Source: a bacterium (GTDB lineage: Bacteria > Patescibacteriota > Microgenomatia > Daviesbacterales > UBA10151). From it: a stretch of DNA of 64,000 nucleotides. The notes beneath the pieces were generated by a model. That model was not told the DNA's origin, ran no database searches, and was given only the letters and a program-made list of their open reading frames with translations. The translations under genes were made by a program, and so were the position numbers. Of this stretch, positions 10,079-18,080 are shown in pieces. Location: positions 25,072-89,071 of the forward strand of contig JAJYNW010000026.1 of NCBI GenBank assembly GCA_021786105.1, written 5' to 3'. The first letter of the stretch is position 1. Every line of letters starts with the position of its first letter.

Positions 10079-10699
10079 TTACTCCTTAGATAAAACAAAA
10101 AATCTCCCAGACCATTTCATTTGTCTTGACTGCTGATGGTTATTAGCAAAGTCTTCCTTGGGAAAGTCGCGCTTTAAGTCCAGTCGGTGAAATAAACTCT
10201 CCCACCACCAGCGCGGCTTCATGGTTATATGTGAGGGGTCGCCTTTACCGCCCCTTGATTCGATATGGTCTGATCCGGCAGTGCAGATAAGTAAGAATAC
10301 AAAGCGTTTGACCACTCGGTGCAGTTCTTTAACTGCTTTGAATAAATCATCCTCCTGTATATGTTCTAAAAGTTCAGTGCCAATTACTAAGTCAAAACTA
10401 TTGTCCTTAAATCTTGAAAGATCGCGGACATCACCCTCTATAATTTCTTGCGTTACAGCGCGGCTCACCGCGTAAGGGGAATACTCAACACCGGTTGCAG
10501 GTATTCCTAAATCTTGAAATCTTTTAACTACAAACCCATAAGCGCACCCCACATCTAAAACGCTCTCCGGCTTAAATAACTGATTAGTCCAAGTTGCAAA
10601 AGTATTTAAGAGTCCATCGGCTCTAGCGTATGAATCATAAGCAATCTGGTTTTTACCTTCAAAATAATCTTTATTGTAAAAATCCTTAGTTGGTTGCAT
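10079..10699 (-). CDS. Class I SAM-dependent methyltransferase
   Basis: VLDVGCAYG, SFDLV...ELLEHI. Confidence 0.9.
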   Translation of the reverse strand: MQPTKDFYNKDYFEGKNQIAYDSYARADGLLNTFATWTNQLFKPESVLDVGCAYGFVVKRFQDLGIPATGVEYSPYAVSRAVTQEIIEGDVRDLSRFKDNSFDLVIGTELLEHIQEDDLFKAVKELHRVVKRFVFLLICTAGSDHIESRGGKGDPSHITMKPRWWWESLFHRLDLKRDFPKEDFANNHQQSRQMKWSGRFFVLSKE

Positions 10700-12320
10700 A
10701 AATAGCTTTTAATCGTTCAATAATTGGAACAGCGCAGGAATCCCAAGAAAACTTTTGTCTGATAAGTTCAGAAGTTTTTAGTGCTTTCTTTTTCTCCTCT
10801 TTGTAGTTTTCAAAAACAAAGCGCATTTTCGCCTGTAAATCATCAAGTTTTGGCATTGCCCACTTGTTACCCTCTAAATAGATATAAGAGGTTTTGGCTT
10901 CACCTTCTTCCCAATCAACAAAATGGACTCCGGGGAAAGGCTTGTCGTTCTCATCTCTTAAAGTTTCGTTTGGCGCGCCATATCCTGTGGTTATCACTGG
11001 AAGCCCGCAAGCAAGGGCTTCAAAGATAGGTAATCCCCACCCCTCCCCATGAGTAGGTAAAACAAAGCAATTTCCGGCAGTATAAAAACAGCCTAATTGT
11101 TCAGTTGGTAAAATATCCTCTCTAACATAAACTCTGGCACCTGCACTTCTCGCCTTAATCGCTTCAACTTCTTTTTTCACCGGATGAGATAAAGCCGAAG
11201 ACATGGTCTTGACAACCAAACAGACGTCCTCATCTCTTGAAAATTCTTGAGTAAAAGCAATTATTAAATCCCGTAAATTTTTGCGAGGTTCCCAAGTGGC
11301 GTTGGTAATAAACTTAAATTTTTCCTTTGCATCTGTTTTTATCGGCGCCATGTTTGGATGAAAGTAGTTTGAATCAATACCTTGCGGAATTACATAAATT
11401 GGAACTTTAACGCCCGCTTTTTCAAATTTTTCTTTGTCCCACTTTGTAGGCACCCAAAGTTCATCCATCATGTTGCAATAAGCAATCCAAGACGAAGGAG
11501 CGATAGTACCCTCAAATTCACAATGGCCGATTTTATATTTTCCGGAGTTTTTGAAAAATAAGGGGGCTTGCGCCCAGACAATCTGTGGTAAATCCATAGA
11601 TGGGGAAAGTTCTCTTGTATCGTTGACAAGTCCGTCATCAGAAAGCGGTTCTGCTTCTGGTATGCCAAAAAGGTTTGAGTAATGGACTTTTACTTTCGAT
11701 CGAAGAAGCGCTGAAATATAATTTTTAGCGGCAATAGCAAACCCTGTAGGCGCTTCAACGCCAGTATGATACATAATTGGATACTTATATTGTTCGAGGT
11801 ATTTTTTACCCCACATTTCCTTAAAGAAGTTGTGGTTAAGGGTAAACTGCCGGACGAATTCCTCTTTGCTCTTTAGGGCGTATCCCTTACCGCGATACTG
11901 AACAATAAGTTTATCAGTTGCATAAACCTTAAAGCCTAATTCTTGCGCTTTTAGGCAATACTCGGCATCTTTGAAAATACAATCTCCGGCACATTCAATG
12001 ATCGGAATTTTTTTTATTAGTTCTTTTTTGACAAGACATAAAAGCAAAGGTACCATTTCAACTTCTCTTGTGCCCGGATACTGTCCGTAATACTCCTCGT
12101 TAAGGGCATAGGAAACAGGCATCATTAAATTAGGAGCAATAAAACCGCCATGAAAATAGATTTTATTTTGGTGGTTGAGGATGAGTGCAGATAAAATCCC
12201 GCAGTCTTTTAATTTCTGGGACTCTTGAAAGAGAGTGTCAATCCAGCCGGCTAAATGGCCGACAATATCCCAAGAGGCGATAATTGTATCGCCACTTTCT
12301 AATTTTACCAACTTAAACAT
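10686..12320 (-). CDS. Glycosyltransferase, GT2-like N-terminal part fused to GT4 domain
   Basis: DELWVPT, EPRKN, PTHGEGWGLPIFEALACGLPVI. Confidence 0.88.
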   Translation of the reverse strand: MFKLVKLESGDTIIASWDIVGHLAGWIDTLFQESQKLKDCGILSALILNHQNKIYFHGGFIAPNLMMPVSYALNEEYYGQYPGTREVEMVPLLLCLVKKELIKKIPIIECAGDCIFKDAEYCLKAQELGFKVYATDKLIVQYRGKGYALKSKEEFVRQFTLNHNFFKEMWGKKYLEQYKYPIMYHTGVEAPTGFAIAAKNYISALLRSKVKVHYSNLFGIPEAEPLSDDGLVNDTRELSPSMDLPQIVWAQAPLFFKNSGKYKIGHCEFEGTIAPSSWIAYCNMMDELWVPTKWDKEKFEKAGVKVPIYVIPQGIDSNYFHPNMAPIKTDAKEKFKFITNATWEPRKNLRDLIIAFTQEFSRDEDVCLVVKTMSSALSHPVKKEVEAIKARSAGARVYVREDILPTEQLGCFYTAGNCFVLPTHGEGWGLPIFEALACGLPVITTGYGAPNETLRDENDKPFPGVHFVDWEEGEAKTSYIYLEGNKWAMPKLDDLQAKMRFVFENYKEEKKKALKTSELIRQKFSWDSCAVPIIERLKAIYATN

Positions 12321-12372
12321 AGGCGCTTCGCGCCAAGCACTGCATAAAGACAGGCCAATCTAAAAAGTTAGA

Positions 12373-12714
12373 TTATTTAGGCGCAGGAATACCGACGAAG
12401 ACGAAATCTTGAGTTACTTCATCATAGTTATCCTGAATGAAGTACCGCATATAGCGGTTAAACCCGGACTCGTTCAAACCGGCAGCATAAGTATTCCACG
12501 AAGTCTTATCGCCTGCGGAAACCGTGCCGTCTCGCCAGTATTGCACACCGTATGTAAGAGACGTTCTTACTCCCTGTTGAGCTGCGCTCTTAGGATTGTA
12601 CGGAATAACTCTTAACCTTGCGTAGTTAAGACCTTTCCAAGCAGAATAAACGATAGTTTTCGCTAACGTTTGTCTTGCGTCCAAAGAGAACAATGGACCT
12701 GTCAGTCTTGGCAT
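12373..12714 (-). CDS. Small basic helical protein, candidate major coat/nucleocapsid protein (DUF6266-like)
   Basis: Strong RBS AAGGAGGTGA; PYNPKSAAQQGVR...W...SWN-YA...SGFNRY motif shared with two other element proteins. Confidence 0.6.
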   Translation of the reverse strand: MPRLTGPLFSLDARQTLAKTIVYSAWKGLNYARLRVIPYNPKSAAQQGVRTSLTYGVQYWRDGTVSAGDKTSWNTYAAGLNESGFNRYMRYFIQDNYDEVTQDFVFVGIPAPK

Positions 12715-12744
12715 ACTTTTTTGTCACCTCCTTTCATAAGATTT

Positions 12745-12812
12745 GTTAGCCACTAAAAAACGCCGCATACCTGCACAACTTTTTAGAGCGTGCATTAACG
12801 GCGTTAGCTAAC
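12745..12812 (-). promoter_or_regulatory. Structured leader upstream of the candidate coat gene
   Basis: Nested stems GTTAGC/GCTAAC, AACGCCG/CGGCGTT, TGCAC/GTGCA. Confidence 0.5.
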
Positions 12813-12836
12813 TATAGTGAAATTACCAGATATTTA

Positions 12837-12865
12837 AGTTACCTGCAAGTAAGTTTCTGTTAATT
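12837..12865. repeat. 29-bp cargo-boundary site (A-like)
   Basis: AGTTACC-tgcaagtaagtttct-GTTAATT aligns without gaps to the sites at 17643 and 21812. Confidence 0.45.
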
Positions 12866-12954
12866 AAAAGAAAAAGACCCCATTGCTGAGGTCTTATCCC
12901 AAGAGATTCTATTGCTAGAATTCCTCTAACCCTACAGCTTGCGCCATAGAGCTA
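12866..12954 (-). ncRNA. Candidate ~90-nt small RNA with three GCAA-capped hairpins
   Basis: TTGACA-17-TATATT promoter (12988-12960); G-U containing stems; final hairpin followed by U-tract. Confidence 0.6.
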
Positions 12955-13010
12955 TTTTTAATATATGCTAATTTTATTTGCTTGTCAATGTCTGACGACA
13001 ACCGCCAATT

Positions 13011-13685
13011 TTATACTAAATCCTTTTTCTTTTCTTCAAATTCTTTTTTATCAATTTCACCCTTAGCGTATCGTTCCTTAAGAATTTCCAATGGGGTTTT
13101 ACTTTTATCTATATTACTATGTCCAGTTCCACCTAGGTAGCGGATTAAAGCCACTACTCCTAAAATAATAAGAACCCAAAAGATAATCATAAATATCCAA
13201 CCTATGATTCCGAAACCTCCCCAGCCGTTCATTATACCACCCCAACCACCATAACCCATCATAGGATTACCACCTCCTCCCATCATCCACATCATCGGCA
13301 TGATACCTATTCCAGAAGTAGAGGTATCACACCCGCTTAACCGTTTCCCCATAGCAATATGCATCTGCGACTCACCGTTTTCTCCCATCATAGATTTCAT
13401 CATATTGTTCATTGCTATATGTCTTGAAGTATCTCCAATTGCCTGACCCATAAAATACTCGCCGGCTTTTTCAAAATTATCATCTGTTAATTTTTCGCAT
13501 GTAGTTGTTTTATTCTTTAGCTGATCCAATAGTTTTTTACCTTCTTGTTCTTCCGCTTGTTGTTGCTGTATGGCGGTTTGATCAACAGGGGAACTGGATG
13601 AACCCATCATTTGTGCATTTACATGTTGTGCGGTAAGCGTAAAAACAAGGACACCAAGAATGGTGGCAAAGATATATTTTTTCAT
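13011..13685 (-). CDS. Met/Gly-rich membrane protein with SHOCT domain
   Basis: Signal peptide; LEILKERYAKGEIDKKEFEEKK. Confidence 0.85.
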   Translation of the reverse strand: MKKYIFATILGVLVFTLTAQHVNAQMMGSSSSPVDQTAIQQQQAEEQEGKKLLDQLKNKTTTCEKLTDDNFEKAGEYFMGQAIGDTSRHIAMNNMMKSMMGENGESQMHIAMGKRLSGCDTSTSGIGIMPMMWMMGGGGNPMMGYGGWGGIMNGWGGFGIIGWIFMIIFWVLIILGVVALIRYLGGTGHSNIDKSKTPLEILKERYAKGEIDKKEFEEKKKDLV

Positions 13686-13688
13686 AGA

Positions 13689-14072
13689 TTATTTACTTTT
13701 ATCAATAATTCCCCTGATAGCCTCGTCAACATCTTTTGGCAAGTCGCCAAGGTTTGCTTGTGGAAAAAACTGAGAAAGAATAATCGGGCGCATGCCTGAA
13801 ATATATGTCTTTCCGTTCTTTTGATACACGTTTATTTTGCAGGGCAACATGAGTCCAATCTTTATATCTGCCTGAAGGACGGTATAAGCGCTTTTGGCAT
13901 TACAAATCTCAATAATCTTAAATGGCTTAATAATAAAGCCTTTCTCTGCCAAAGTCTTCATCACATCATGAACATAAAGCACCCGAAATCCTGCCTTTTT
14001 GGTTTCTTCCGCAATCGACTTTACTGCGTCCTCGAATGATTTTTTAGTCGTAACTGTATAATCAAAATCCAT
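13689..14072 (-). CDS. DUF302 protein
   Basis: GFRVL-VHDV...EICN...IGLMLPCKINVY. Confidence 0.88.
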   Translation of the reverse strand: MDFDYTVTTKKSFEDAVKSIAEETKKAGFRVLYVHDVMKTLAEKGFIIKPFKIIEICNAKSAYTVLQADIKIGLMLPCKINVYQKNGKTYISGMRPIILSQFFPQANLGDLPKDVDEAIRGIIDKSK

Positions 14073-14142
14073 ATAGTTATCACCTCCCATCTTAAATGGT
14101 GAAACAAATTATTCCCTTAAGAAATACTTAAGGGAGAAGGGG

Positions 14143-14325
14143 CTACTTTACCTCCCCCAATTCTTTTTCTGCCTCTTGAACGGCTTTCATCTCCTTTTCT
14201 AATTCTTCCTTATATCCTTGAAGGGATTTTTTTTGCTCTTCTTTTGAAAGGAATCGCGATCCGCCCCAACAAGAACAGTTGCACCCGTACATTCTATTTT
14301 TTATCATCATAGGCATATCCATCAT
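14143..14325 (-). CDS. Small Cys-rich coiled-coil protein
   Basis: RBS AGGAGG; GCNCSC then RFLSKEE...Y-EELEKE. Confidence 0.7.
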   Translation of the reverse strand: MMDMPMMIKNRMYGCNCSCWGGSRFLSKEEQKKSLQGYKEELEKEMKAVQEAEKELGEVK

Positions 14326-14717
14326 ATTGTTTCACCTCCTCTCTTGGTTTTGTTTTGAGAACTCCTTTGATATCCTTCTAAAAACTTGTGAATAAGTTTG
14401 TCAGTTTCTATAAGAGAAAAGGCTGCTTCTTTGAGGAACTCTTGACCATTTGGGGTGATAGTATAAACTCTTCTATCGGGACGAGTCTCGTTTTTATCCC
14501 ATTCGGACTCTACCCACCCCATTGCTTCCATCCGTCTTAGAGTTCGATAGAGATTACCAATATCAACCTTTTCTCCGCAGTGTTTCTCTAAACCTTCCAT
14601 TAAACCATACCCGTGAGATGAGCCTTTGGAGAGGAGGAGGAGAATGCATGGTTCTACAAATCGCTCAATTGTGCCAAAATCCCTTGATCGGAAAGAACAA
14701 CCGCAAGTTCTGCACAT
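14322..14717 (-). CDS. PadR family regulator
   Basis: HGYGL...GNLYRTLRRME--GWV...RRVYTIT; TTGACA-17-TATGAT promoter just upstream of ATG 14717. Confidence 0.88.
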   Translation of the reverse strand: MCRTCGCSFRSRDFGTIERFVEPCILLLLSKGSSHGYGLMEGLEKHCGEKVDIGNLYRTLRRMEAMGWVESEWDKNETRPDRRVYTITPNGQEFLKEAAFSLIETDKLIHKFLEGYQRSSQNKTKRGGETI

Positions 14718-14925
14718 ATATGTAAATATCATATATGATGCTGTAGTTTTTGTCAACGGAAAATGAGGAACAAGATTACACCAATACCAATAATTAAAAT
14801 CACACTTATAACCCAAGCAAAATAATTAGTTTCGCTTCTGCGTTCTTCGATAGCACTGTAACTAAATGGCAGTTTTTCTTCTTTCTTGAAAAACTTTCTC
14901 ATCTTTAAACTATTTTAGCAAAAAC

Positions 14926-16659
14926 CTACAAAGGTGGGTAATTGGCATCTAAATACTGCGAAAGATAATAATTAAATCCCGTCATTGTTAAATTTTTTGC
15001 TTTTTCGTTGTACATATTTTTGATTGACTGATTAAAGCCATGCCAATTGCTTACTCCTTGAGCAAACACTGTGCGCCATGACTGTTGATGATAAGTCTTT
15101 GGATTATAAGGATAAAAAGGTGGTGAGACTTGGCGTCCCCACCATTGCTCCTGAAAAGTGGCAACGTTGCCAAGTTTGCCTCTTACTTTCAAAGCTAGGA
15201 AGTCATACATTCCATGAGGCCTTGTCCACGGAGGGATTGGATTTTCTATTTCATAGATTAGGCTTTTTGTTATTAACCCAGCTGTTAATACAGTGTATTG
15301 AAGTGATTTTGTATCGCTCAACGATTTTATAAGGGCATACTTGAGGCTTCTTGTTATAGCGTCCGGTGTAACTTTGACGCTGTATTTCAAGGGCTTAGTT
15401 TTGGCAGCAGGCGTTATCTTAATCGCGTATTTAAGTAATTTAGTGCTGATTATATTAACTATCACGGCGTACCTGAGAAGTTTTGTTTTTGTCGATGGAA
15501 TAGTTTTTACAGCATATTGCAAAGATTTATTTTTTGCGGTAGGTGTTGTTTTAACTGCATATTTAAGATTTTTTTGAATATCTGTTGGCGTTGTTACAAC
15601 TGGTTTATAGTCAACAATTACCCATACATCCTCAATAGTCATTAGCACTGACCCAGAAGTGGTTTGTTTTCCGCCTACTTCCATGCTATTTAAGAGGGCA
15701 AGAGTTAATGCTGAATTTATATGGCTGTAGTAATAATCATCAGATGTTGTAAGTATGACTGAATTTTCGGTTAAAACAGAGTTATAAATAAAATTCATGG
15801 CATAAGTTGCAGCTGTACCGGTGCCTCGTTTAGCAACATAATAAATCCCTGCGGCATTGATAGTGTCGTTTGCGCCAATGGTCTGATTTCCATGACCGGT
15901 TTGAGTTGTATTAAAAGCGGAAATTAGTTTAGTTTGTCTGCTTGGGATACCGGAATTAACAGAAGTGGCTTTGTTGGTAGTGCTAAAAGGTGTATCTGCC
16001 CAATAAGGGTCTGTTCCAACTTTAGTCCACGCGTTATATGTTGGCGTTCCTATTTTTGGCTGTCTGGCAATAACTCGCCCAGCTCCACAATAAGCGCTGT
16101 CATCTTCTGATATGTCATCAAAGTCAATTTGTTGCGCTGCGGTCCTAAAACCATAACCTGCACCTGTTATAGCGGCCGCAGCCATTGTCAGAGAAGTAAA
16201 AGTCAATGTTTCAATAACTGTGTCATTTGCATCTGTAAATCTTACCTCGATTGTGCCATTACTAGCTGTTCCACAAATTATCTTTACCTCAACCCGAAAC
16301 CAGCCATTAAGAGGTATAGAATTGGTAGATGCTCCTAAGAGTGTACCCGCAGAGCTTCCATTTCTTATTTTAATTTTACCTGTTGAAGATAATTGAAGCG
16401 TGACTATTCCTGTGTTGCCGTTTATTGTCTGCCAGAAGACATTATCTGCGCTGGGATTAGCAAGAATATAGGCATAGAACCTATAAAACATTGTGGCTTT
16501 GGAATAAATGATAAAATCAAAGAAAGCATTAGTTGAAGTGCACCTATAAGCATATCCGCCGGTTCTTACATTGGCGCTCTGAACGCTACAACCACCACCC
16601 GGAGTTGCTGTTTCGCTTATGCTGCCTGTTTCCGCACCACCTAACCAAATACTTGCCAT
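14926..16659 (-). CDS. Fibre/adhesin-like virion protein: beta-sandwich head, repeat stalk, C-terminal coat-like domain
   Basis: Thr/Gly-rich lectin-like N-terminus; 8 KxLxY repeats; PYNPKT..QQ..R..GV..W..GFNYY tail. Confidence 0.6.
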   Translation of the reverse strand: MASIWLGGAETGSISETATPGGGCSVQSANVRTGGYAYRCTSTNAFFDFIIYSKATMFYRFYAYILANPSADNVFWQTINGNTGIVTLQLSSTGKIKIRNGSSAGTLLGASTNSIPLNGWFRVEVKIICGTASNGTIEVRFTDANDTVIETLTFTSLTMAAAAITGAGYGFRTAAQQIDFDDISEDDSAYCGAGRVIARQPKIGTPTYNAWTKVGTDPYWADTPFSTTNKATSVNSGIPSRQTKLISAFNTTQTGHGNQTIGANDTINAAGIYYVAKRGTGTAATYAMNFIYNSVLTENSVILTTSDDYYYSHINSALTLALLNSMEVGGKQTTSGSVLMTIEDVWVIVDYKPVVTTPTDIQKNLKYAVKTTPTAKNKSLQYAVKTIPSTKTKLLRYAVIVNIISTKLLKYAIKITPAAKTKPLKYSVKVTPDAITRSLKYALIKSLSDTKSLQYTVLTAGLITKSLIYEIENPIPPWTRPHGMYDFLALKVRGKLGNVATFQEQWWGRQVSPPFYPYNPKTYHQQSWRTVFAQGVSNWHGFNQSIKNMYNEKAKNLTMTGFNYYLSQYLDANYPPL

Positions 16660-16662
16660 TTT

Positions 16663-17079
16663 TTAGCTCACCTCCAAATTGTCTAAATTATCAGTTGTTA
16701 TCAGTTCATCGTTTGGCATAATAGCCATTAAAGATTTTTGCGTTCTGCCAAAAAACTTTTTCTCAAAGCCGAAACAATAGATTTTTATTTTTTTCTCCTC
16801 ACTGGTTCCAACATTTAAGACAATGTTTCTATAAAAATGAATTAGTTTCATGGTCTTGGGATTAAAAATTAAAGTAAAAGCAGGTAGGCTTTCGGGGTTG
16901 ACCATTTTGAAGGATAGAAGTTTCGACTGGTCTATTTCTCTAAACTGATGGAAAATTCCGTTATCATCAAATTGTTTTAAGAGACTACCATCAATGTAGT
17001 GAGCTTCCCAACACCAACGCTCTTTTATAACATTTTCAACTTGTCCTGTTTCTGGCCTTTGGAAAATATAGTTTTGCAT
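16663..17079 (-). CDS. Hypothetical virus-like protein
   Basis: Intact ORF in the structural operon. Confidence 0.6.
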   Translation of the reverse strand: MQNYIFQRPETGQVENVIKERWCWEAHYIDGSLLKQFDDNGIFHQFREIDQSKLLSFKMVNPESLPAFTLIFNPKTMKLIHFYRNIVLNVGTSEEKKIKIYCFGFEKKFFGRTQKSLMAIMPNDELITTDNLDNLEVS

Positions 17080-17110
17080 AGTATTGCATTGGAAAGCATG
17101 GTATTACTTC

Positions 17111-17611
17111 TCACGCTGTCTCATCATATTGGTAATTCATGGTACTGGTTGATCCAGCAGTATCACCGGCGTTTGATTGAATCTGGTGTACCAGATAATC
17201 AGATGATCCGGCGGCAAGGAGCGATCCTCCGAGTGATCCGGAAATTCCTAAGTTTGCAGAAGCTGGGGCGGAAGTTGGCATGGTTTGTGTAGCGACACTT
17301 GACGCAGAAGCAATCGGTGTCGCGTAAGTTGCTTGTGCATACGATGAAGTTCTGGCATTAGTTTTATGAACTGCTGATCCGCCAAGTGCGCTTGTTCTCC
17401 ATATTTTAAGATTGTCAATCTTTGAAGAACCACCCATTGCGGTTACATGGATTTTTTGCCACTTCTCAAAGGTATTATTCCCCGGAGTAAGCGGATTAGC
17501 GACCGGATCAAGATTAACCGCGTCAGTTGAACCCATATTGGTATTTGTTATATTGTGGGTTAGAGTTTCCCCTACGCCGTTTGCTTCGTCTATTTCTACT
17601 GTTGCTGCCAT
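17111..17611 (-). CDS. Putative beta-rich virion protein
   Basis: Ala/Ser/Thr-rich, TFEKW motif, YQYDET end. Confidence 0.55.
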   Translation of the reverse strand: MAATVEIDEANGVGETLTHNITNTNMGSTDAVNLDPVANPLTPGNNTFEKWQKIHVTAMGGSSKIDNLKIWRTSALGGSAVHKTNARTSSYAQATYATPIASASSVATQTMPTSAPASANLGISGSLGGSLLAAGSSDYLVHQIQSNAGDTAGSTSTMNYQYDETA

Positions 17612-17622
17612 AAGATACTTTA

Positions 17623-17671
17623 TGATTGTAGCTGTAAATGGTAGTTAACTTCGATAAGTTTCCTGTCAGCT
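17623..17671. repeat. Cargo-boundary site A (copy 1)
   Basis: AGTTAACTTCGATAA identical to 21812-21826; flank similarity extends ~20 bp left. Confidence 0.7.
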
Positions 17672-17702
17672 TCTGTTAGTTACCGTAATTTCCTTGTACG
17701 AA

Positions 17703-17722
17703 ATATCAATAAATAATGATAT
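17703..17722 (+). promoter_or_regulatory. Probable ArsR operator
   Basis: ATATCA-N8-TGATAT inverted repeat just upstream of the ArsR gene. Confidence 0.55.
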
Positions 17723-17735
17723 ACTGATTTTATCT

Positions 17736-18050
17736 ATGAATTCTACCCAGCTACAACTTGAGGCAAAATTATTTAAAGGCTTTGGCGATCCGTCTCGTCT
17801 TGCGATATTGGAAGTTATTGCAGAGAAACCAATCACTGTTTCAGAAATTGTAGAGCAAACGGAATTTTCTCAACCAAATGTCTCAATGCACTTAGCCTGT
17901 CTTTTGGATTGCGGGTTAGTCCAAAAAAGGAAAGAAGGTAGAAATATCTATTACCAACTTTCAGGAGACGAAGTAAAAGAAGTAATAAATACTGCCAGAA
18001 AAATTATCAGCGCTCATTCAAAAGAGTTGTTTGAGTGCACCAGATATTAA
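17736..18050 (+). CDS. ArsR/SmtB (CmtR-like) metal-sensing repressor
   Basis: FKGFGDPSRLAIL...QPNVSMHLACLLDCGLV. Confidence 0.9.
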   Translation: MNSTQLQLEAKLFKGFGDPSRLAILEVIAEKPITVSEIVEQTEFSQPNVSMHLACLLDCGLVQKRKEGRNIYYQLSGDEVKEVINTARKIISAHSKELFECTRY

Positions 18051-18080
18051 GATAATAAGAATTTGACTCATACTATCGCA

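Noticed and set aside
12340-12359. CTGCAT...ACAGGCCAAT shared with 35985-36006 as a possible late promoter
   Set aside because: Only two copies, different spacing, one within a small ORF; chance is plausible
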